Origin: an uncultured delta proteobacterium | GTDB taxonomy: Bacteria; Myxococcota_A; Polyangia; Polyangiales; Ga0077539 | Direction: 5' to 3' | Length of the DNA stretch: 37,406 bases | NCBI GenBank assembly: GCA_903860995.1 | Contig: CAIOSS010000042.1 | Span: forward strand, 1-37,406 | Part shown: in pieces, positions 33,285 through 37,406 of the stretch | How positions within the stretch are numbered: position 1 is the stretch's first letter | How the letters are laid out: each line of letters starts with the position of its first letter | The notes under the pieces: generated by a model | What the model saw: only the letters and a program-made list of their open reading frames with translations | What the model was told of the DNA's origin: nothing | Database searches by the model: none | Translations under genes and position numbers: made by a program

Positions 33285-33881
33285 TCACCACGCCCAGAGG
33301 GTCGCCAGCGCGAGCTCGATCGCGTCGAAGGGCTCCGCGCGCACGACCGCATCGCCGCTCGCGCTCAACACCAGCAGCCACCCGTCGGCGGTGCGCCGGA
33401 ACACCTCGATGCCCTGCGCTTCAGGGTCGACCATCCAGGCGTGCGCGGCGCCGTGGCGGAAGTACATCGGCATCTTCTTGAAGCGGTCGTGGCGCTGCGT
33501 GGACGGCGACCTCACCTCGCACACCCAGTCGGGCACGACGTCGATCGTCGACGCGGCGGGCATCGTCGGCAGGCGCTCGCGGTGCCACCCGGCCAGGTCG
33601 GGAACCACCAGATCGGGCCGCGCGCCGAGGCGCAGTTCGGGCTCCGGGAGGATGATCCAGCCGCCCGGTCCGCCGCGGCCCCAGCGGAACGGGGGCGAGA
33701 GCGACTGGTCGACCACCGAGGCCGCGCTCGCGTGACGTGGCGCCGACCGGGGCAGCATGGAGAGCTCGCCGTCGATGATCTCGGCGACGACGTTCTCGGG
33801 GGCGCGGCGCCACGCATCGACGACCTCGGCGGGGAGGTTGGGGTACTCCGGGTCGATGACTCCCGCGGGGTCGGACGCCAT
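33285..33881 (-). CDS. Uma2-family (DUF820) putative endonuclease
   Basis: ATG at 33881 (MASDPAGVIDPEYPNLP), 198 aa. Family-typical VVPDWVCEVRSPSTQRHDRFKKMPMYFRHGAAHAWMVDPEAQGIEVF. The 592-aa track ORF upstream of this Met is composite. Confidence 0.8.
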   Translation of the reverse strand: MASDPAGVIDPEYPNLPAEVVDAWRRAPENVVAEIIDGELSMLPRSAPRHASAASVVDQSLSPPFRWGRGGPGGWIILPEPELRLGARPDLVVPDLAGWHRERLPTMPAASTIDVVPDWVCEVRSPSTQRHDRFKKMPMYFRHGAAHAWMVDPEAQGIEVFRRTADGWLLVLSASGDAVVRAEPFDAIELALATLWAW

Positions 33882-33948
33882 GGCCCACGGTATCACGCGC
33901 CCCGCGCCGACCGATCGGGCCCAGCGGGGCGCCGCGCCCGCCGTTGGT

Positions 33949-34420
33949 TCAGCCTTCCGCGAAGACGGCGTCGAGCATCGCGGCGCCGAGCGCGCGGTCG
34001 GCCCAGCGCTCGATGAGATCAGCTGCTCCATCACCGACGGGTGCGGCATGGCCAGAATGCCCGCCTGCGTCGCCCGGCGCGCGAGGTCCACCGCGCGAGG
34101 ACCGTGCGGACCCTGCATCACCCACGCGGCGAACACCGCCATCTCCGGTGTCCCCCGGGCGAGGATGGCCTCGGCCTCGGTCGGTCCGAGGAGCAGCCAC
34201 GATGACCCATGAGCTCCCGTCGCGGAGCACGAGGTCCGGCAATGACCTCCACGGAAAACGCGGCCCGAAGCGGTTGCGGGAGACCTCCTTCGGGGTCTCA
34301 GGGCCGACCGACAGACTCGTTGCCGAGCAGACCGAGGAGCACCCGGTACGGCAGCGGAAGCTCCGGGTGCCACTCGAAGCGCGCCCGCTCGAACCACTGC
34401 ACCCAGTAGGGGAGAGGCGA
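33949..34420 (-). pseudogene. Decayed gene needing at least two frameshifts
   Basis: Third-position GC peaks in three different minus frames. At 34321-34380 the frame reads YWVQWFERARFEWHPELPLPYRVLLGLLGNE. At 34021-34080 it reads LGPTEAEAILARGTPEMAVFAAWVMQGPHGPRAVDLARRATQAGILAMPHPSV. At 33961-34020 it reads GAADLIERWADRALGAAMLDAVFAEG, with the stop at 33949. Confidence 0.5.
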
Positions 34421-34471
34421 ACCAACGCGGCACCCTCGCTGCCACGGATCCGCTGCAGTGACCGAAACACC
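34408..34471. repeat. Copy B of the ~64-nt dispersed repeat (copy A at 13756-13820)
   Basis: See copy A. Here the repeat sits exactly at the 5' truncation point of the IS66-type transposase fragment. Confidence 0.75.
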
Positions 34472-35174
34472 TATGATCCGTTGTACCCCTACCCGCGAGC
34501 ATTGGCAGAAGCTCACAGGCCGCCGCCTTGGCGACTCGGCCCGCAAGCTCCTGATCCACTTCCGGGGCGTGCTCGTGGTCGACCGCTGGCGCGCCTACGC
34601 GGGCGTGACGGTGGCGGCCTGGCAGTACTGCTGGGCGCACCTGAAGCGCGATTGGGAGAAGTTCCGGCTGCGCGGCGGGGAGGACGCCGAGCTCGCCGAA
34701 CGCCTCGCCCGCGAGACCGACCGTCTCTTCACCCGGTGGCACTGGGTGAAGCAGGGACGGCGCGACCGGGCGTGGTTGCAACGCTCGGTGGCGAAGCTCA
34801 AGCGCACCTTCCGACGGCTGCTCGAAGCGGGCGTCGAGACGGCGTCGGAGAAGACCCGTGGGACGTGCGGCGAACTGCTGGCGACCTTCGAGCGGATGTG
34901 GACCTTCGTCGACCACGAGGGCGTGCCGCCGACGAACCACTTCGCCGAGCAGCAGATCCGACACGGGGTCATCTGGAGGAAGACGAGCGTCGGCAGCGAC
35001 AGCGAACGGGGCTGCCTGTTCGCGGGGATAATCCTGACCGTCGTGGCCACTTGCCGTCAGCATGGTCGTGACGTGTTTGCATTCCTCGTCGAGGCCGTGA
35101 CAACGAAGCTACGCGGCCTCGCAGCTCCGTCGCTTGTGCCGCTCGAGCTGGCCACCAGCGCCGCTACGGCCTGA
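34458..35174 (+). pseudogene. IS66-family TnpC transposase, C-terminal ~238 codons only
   Basis: GVLVVDRWRAYA...QYCWAHLKRDW...PPTNHFAEQQIRHGVIWRKTSVGSDSERG matches my recollection of the DDE_Tnp_IS66 C-terminal half. The first catalytic Asp region and zinc-finger part are missing. Downstream ...cgttac at 35299-35304 fits an IS66-type GTAA terminus. Confidence 0.7.
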
Positions 35175-35313
35175 ACGATTACTGTGGGTTTTCAGGGTTC
35201 ATTCCGGATCCCTGCTGAGCGCGCCAATCCAGGGTGCTCCAAGTACGCAAATTATGCGTTTTTTGGATGGGGTTGGGATCGACAGGAGGCGAGGGCTTCG
35301 TTACGGTTGAGCC

Positions 35314-36534
35314 CAGGGCGGCTGCACCAAAATCACTTGATTCCCAGCGAAAGTACATGTTCGAGATACTCGATACTTCGCCCCGCCTTGGCGCGCTTCG
35401 CGGCGACTCCCCGGATCCTCTTCCCTCGTCGACAGGTATCGTCTCGGACGAGGAGAGTCAGCGCCATCCCACGGATCGCGGCAAGGTTCGCCGCGGCGTT
35501 GGCCTCGTGAACGGCGCATCGGTCCTCTCCCATCTGCACGTCGAGCGTCCAGTGCAGGCCGTTCTCGATGCCCCAGTGTTCGCGGGCGCTCTTGGCCAGT
35601 CGCTTGGCCGACGGCGCCAGACTCGACAGGAAGACGTGCAGCTCGCACGAGGTCTTGTCCCTCACCGTGCGAGTGCGCTCGACGAACGTGATGCTCCGGA
35701 GCGACGGCCACTCGTCGCCCGGAAGCACACAGACCTTCGACGGGATCGACCATGCCTCGCGCGTCTCGATCCGCCCGTGGCTCTCGTTCTCCGCCCGGCT
35801 GTGGCGCACGGTCACCCCGGCGAACCCGTCGGCGCGCGCGGTCGTGAAGTAGCCCATGGCCACCTCGTAGGCCGCGCCGCGATTGGCCTTCAGGTGGAGC
35901 AGATAGTCCGCCTCCCGCGCCACGATCGCCTGCGCCGTCTCGCGGCAGCAGTGCGCCGCGTCGGCGGTCACCAACGCGCCCTTGAGTTCCAGCACCGCGA
36001 GCAGATCGCGCATCCCCGCGATCTCCTCGGGCGCGCCCTCGACGGCGTGCTGGGCCAACAGCAGGCGCTGCTCGCACGCCCACACGTTGACCAGGTGGAG
36101 CTTCGATCCGAGCGCGGCCCGAGCCAGCGCGCCCCGCAGGGTCTTGCCGTCGAAGGCGACGACCTGCCCGGCGAGGCACTCCGCGAGGCTCTTGACCCAC
36201 GACTGCATGCACGCCCCGAACGCCTTCGCGTTCAGCGACTGGAACGTCCGGTAGAAGGTGCTCTCCGAGGGCACGCCGTTGGGCATGTCGAGGAACGTCG
36301 CGAACCATTCCTTCCGATCCTCCGCGAAGTCCTCGATCTCTTCCCAACCCTCGGCCCCGCCGATCACCGCGACCACCGCCATCAGGACGATCGTCAACAG
36401 CGGGTGGTCGGTGCGGCCGACGACCCGAGGGTCTTCAAGAGACTCGAAGTGCTGCCTGATCTTGCTGGAGCTCCGCATCGGCTCCGACTACGGGAAACCC
36501 GCAAAAACTCAAGCGTTTTGATGCAGCCGCCCTG
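35314..36534 (-). mobile_element. ISAs1-family insertion sequence (1221 bp) with imperfect terminal inverted repeats
   Basis: Left IR cagggcggctgcaccaaaatcacttgatt (35314-35342) versus the reverse complement of 36506-36534, cagggcggctgcatcaaaacgcttgagtt. 18 of the first 19 nt are identical. The transposase stop lies inside the left IR. Confidence 0.8.
35333..36478 (-). CDS. ISAs1-family (H-repeat-associated) transposase
   Basis: 381 aa, intact. N-terminal HFESLEDPRVVGRTDHPLLTIVLMAVVAVIGGAEGWEEIEDFAEDRKEWF...NGVPSESTFYRTF and C-terminal HWGIENGLHWTLDVQMGED. Confidence 0.9.
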   Translation of the reverse strand: MRSSSKIRQHFESLEDPRVVGRTDHPLLTIVLMAVVAVIGGAEGWEEIEDFAEDRKEWFATFLDMPNGVPSESTFYRTFQSLNAKAFGACMQSWVKSLAECLAGQVVAFDGKTLRGALARAALGSKLHLVNVWACEQRLLLAQHAVEGAPEEIAGMRDLLAVLELKGALVTADAAHCCRETAQAIVAREADYLLHLKANRGAAYEVAMGYFTTARADGFAGVTVRHSRAENESHGRIETREAWSIPSKVCVLPGDEWPSLRSITFVERTRTVRDKTSCELHVFLSSLAPSAKRLAKSAREHWGIENGLHWTLDVQMGEDRCAVHEANAAANLAAIRGMALTLLVRDDTCRRGKRIRGVAAKRAKAGRSIEYLEHVLSLGIK

Positions 36535-36788
36535 AGGATGCCCTGGAGGATGCCCTGCTCCTCGGGCGCGAAGCGCTCGGAGCTTCGGCCGTAGGGCTTT
36601 CGTAGCGCCGCGAGGAGGCGATGCTGCGTCGCCTCGTTGTGGTTGCGAAGGCGAGAGATCAGGTCGAAGAGGAGATCGAGCGCCCCGGCGGTGTCGCCGC
36701 CCGCGAGCACCCTCTCGATGTGCCCGCGCACCGCGTCGAGGTCATCGGCGCGCTTGGGGAGTGGGAGGTGGGCCGCGGGCTGATCCAT
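36535..36788 (-). pseudogene. IS66-family tnpC, first ~84 codons, interrupted by the ISAs1 element
   Basis: ATG at 36788 (MDQPAAHLPLPKRADDLDAVRGHIERVL...LRKPYGRSSERFAPEEQGIL). The reading frame runs directly into the ISAs1 right IR at 36534. Confidence 0.6.
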
Positions 36789-36854
36789 GAAGGATGTCCT
36801 GCGTGTAATGCCTTTGAGGCATTCACGCAATCGATACTTCGTGGCGATTGTCGA

Positions 36855-37226
36855 TTATCGAGAGTGCGTATCGGAGGGAGGAGTCCAGCGCGCTCGACGG
36901 CGTGACCGATGGAGGTCGATGCCTTCGAGGATGAGCGTGAGCTCCGGGGACTCGAGGTCGAAGTGCGTCGCGCCGGGCGCGACCTCCTTCGGGAGGCGGA
37001 AGCAGCCGCGCTCAAGACGCTTCGTGATCAGCACAAATCCAGTGCGATCCCAGAAGAGTACTTTGATCTGATGGCGACGCTTGCTGATGAAGCAGAAGAC
37101 GTGTCCCGACAGGGGTTGAATTGCCATGTCGGAGAGAACGGTCCCGGCGAGCGAATCGATGCCTCGACGTCCATCGACGGGCGTGGTGGCGAGGTAGATC
37201 CGAACCGAGGGCGGTAGCGTCAGCAC
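36855..37226 (-). CDS. tnpB: IS66-family accessory protein TnpB (IS66 Orf2)
   Basis: 123 aa. IYLATTPVDGRRGIDSLAGTV...GHVFCFISKRRHQIKVLFWDRTGFVLITKRLERGCFRLP. The GTG start overlaps the tnpA stop. Confidence 0.85.
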   Translation of the reverse strand: MLTLPPSVRIYLATTPVDGRRGIDSLAGTVLSDMAIQPLSGHVFCFISKRRHQIKVLFWDRTGFVLITKRLERGCFRLPKEVAPGATHFDLESPELTLILEGIDLHRSRRRARWTPPSDTHSR

Positions 37227-37406
37227 GCGCGGACCTCGCGCAGGACGTCGAGCAGTCGCGCCAGGCTGGTGGGGTCGAAGGACGGCGGCACACGGACGAG
37301 CACACCATCGGGCAGGACGAGCTCGATCGGGGCCGCGGGCGGCGTCGTCGTCGATGCCGAGCGCGAAGGCGGGGTCGCCGCGACCCGCACGGGCAGGAAC
37401 GTCACC
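37220..37406 (-). CDS. tnpA: IS66-family TnpA (Orf1), 3' part; gene probably continues beyond the window
   Basis: The C-terminal ...IELVLPDGVLVRVPPSFDPTSLARLLDVLR pattern and its position directly upstream of tnpB. The frame is open to the window edge. Confidence 0.55.
   Translation of the reverse strand, partial: VTFLPVRVAATPPSRSASTTTPPAAPIELVLPDGVLVRVPPSFDPTSLARLLDVLREVRAC

Noticed and set aside
33285-35063. 592-aa minus-strand ORF as a single gene
   Set aside because: It is composite. Only the last 198 codons match the Uma2 family. Upstream it passes through a spacer of Ser/Pro/Arg/Ala-rich sequence, part of a frameshifted relic, and the antisense of the IS66 fragment.

Overview
This is a very GC-rich window (third-codon positions are mostly G/C in real genes) that looks like a myxobacterial chromosome. 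It splits into three parts.

(1) 1-11.9 kb: a hybrid histidine kinase, then a complete cytoplasmic chemosensory operon on the minus strand (cheA, cheW, a globin-coupled soluble MCP, cheY, cheB, cheR, cheX). A divergent cheY plus a CheX-like gene lie across a 640-bp non-coding gap.

(2) 12-28 kb: IS debris (ISKra4 and IS21 fragments around an orphan gene), a translationally coupled FAD-monooxygenase/aminotransferase pair and a membrane GGDEF cyclase. A 1475-aa lipoprotein follows, built from 23 Cys-rich (N/H)CGxCG repeats and ending in an FGE/SUMF1-like domain. After it come an MBL-fold protein and an AraC regulator divergent from a carotenoid-cleavage oxygenase.

(3) 27.8-37.4 kb: an accessory-looking island. 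It holds a patch of decayed coding segments and a 116-bp compound inverted repeat. It also holds a McrBC-like module (EVE - unassigned sensor region - McrB-type GTPase, overlapping a long PD-(D/E)xK partner), a basic HTH-like protein and a Uma2 nuclease. A multiply frameshifted gene and nested IS66/ISAs1 elements close the island.

The McrBC-like module and its surroundings are the best candidate for a system worth experimental follow-up. EVE-McrB fusions as a class are already catalogued, so any novelty lies in the extra sensor region, the atypical partner and the neighbouring genes. Most very long ORFs in the track (for example 24724..28443 -, 19004..22681 +, 29412..32318 +) are GC-driven shadow ORFs. 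All domain calls come from motifs read by eye, with no database search.
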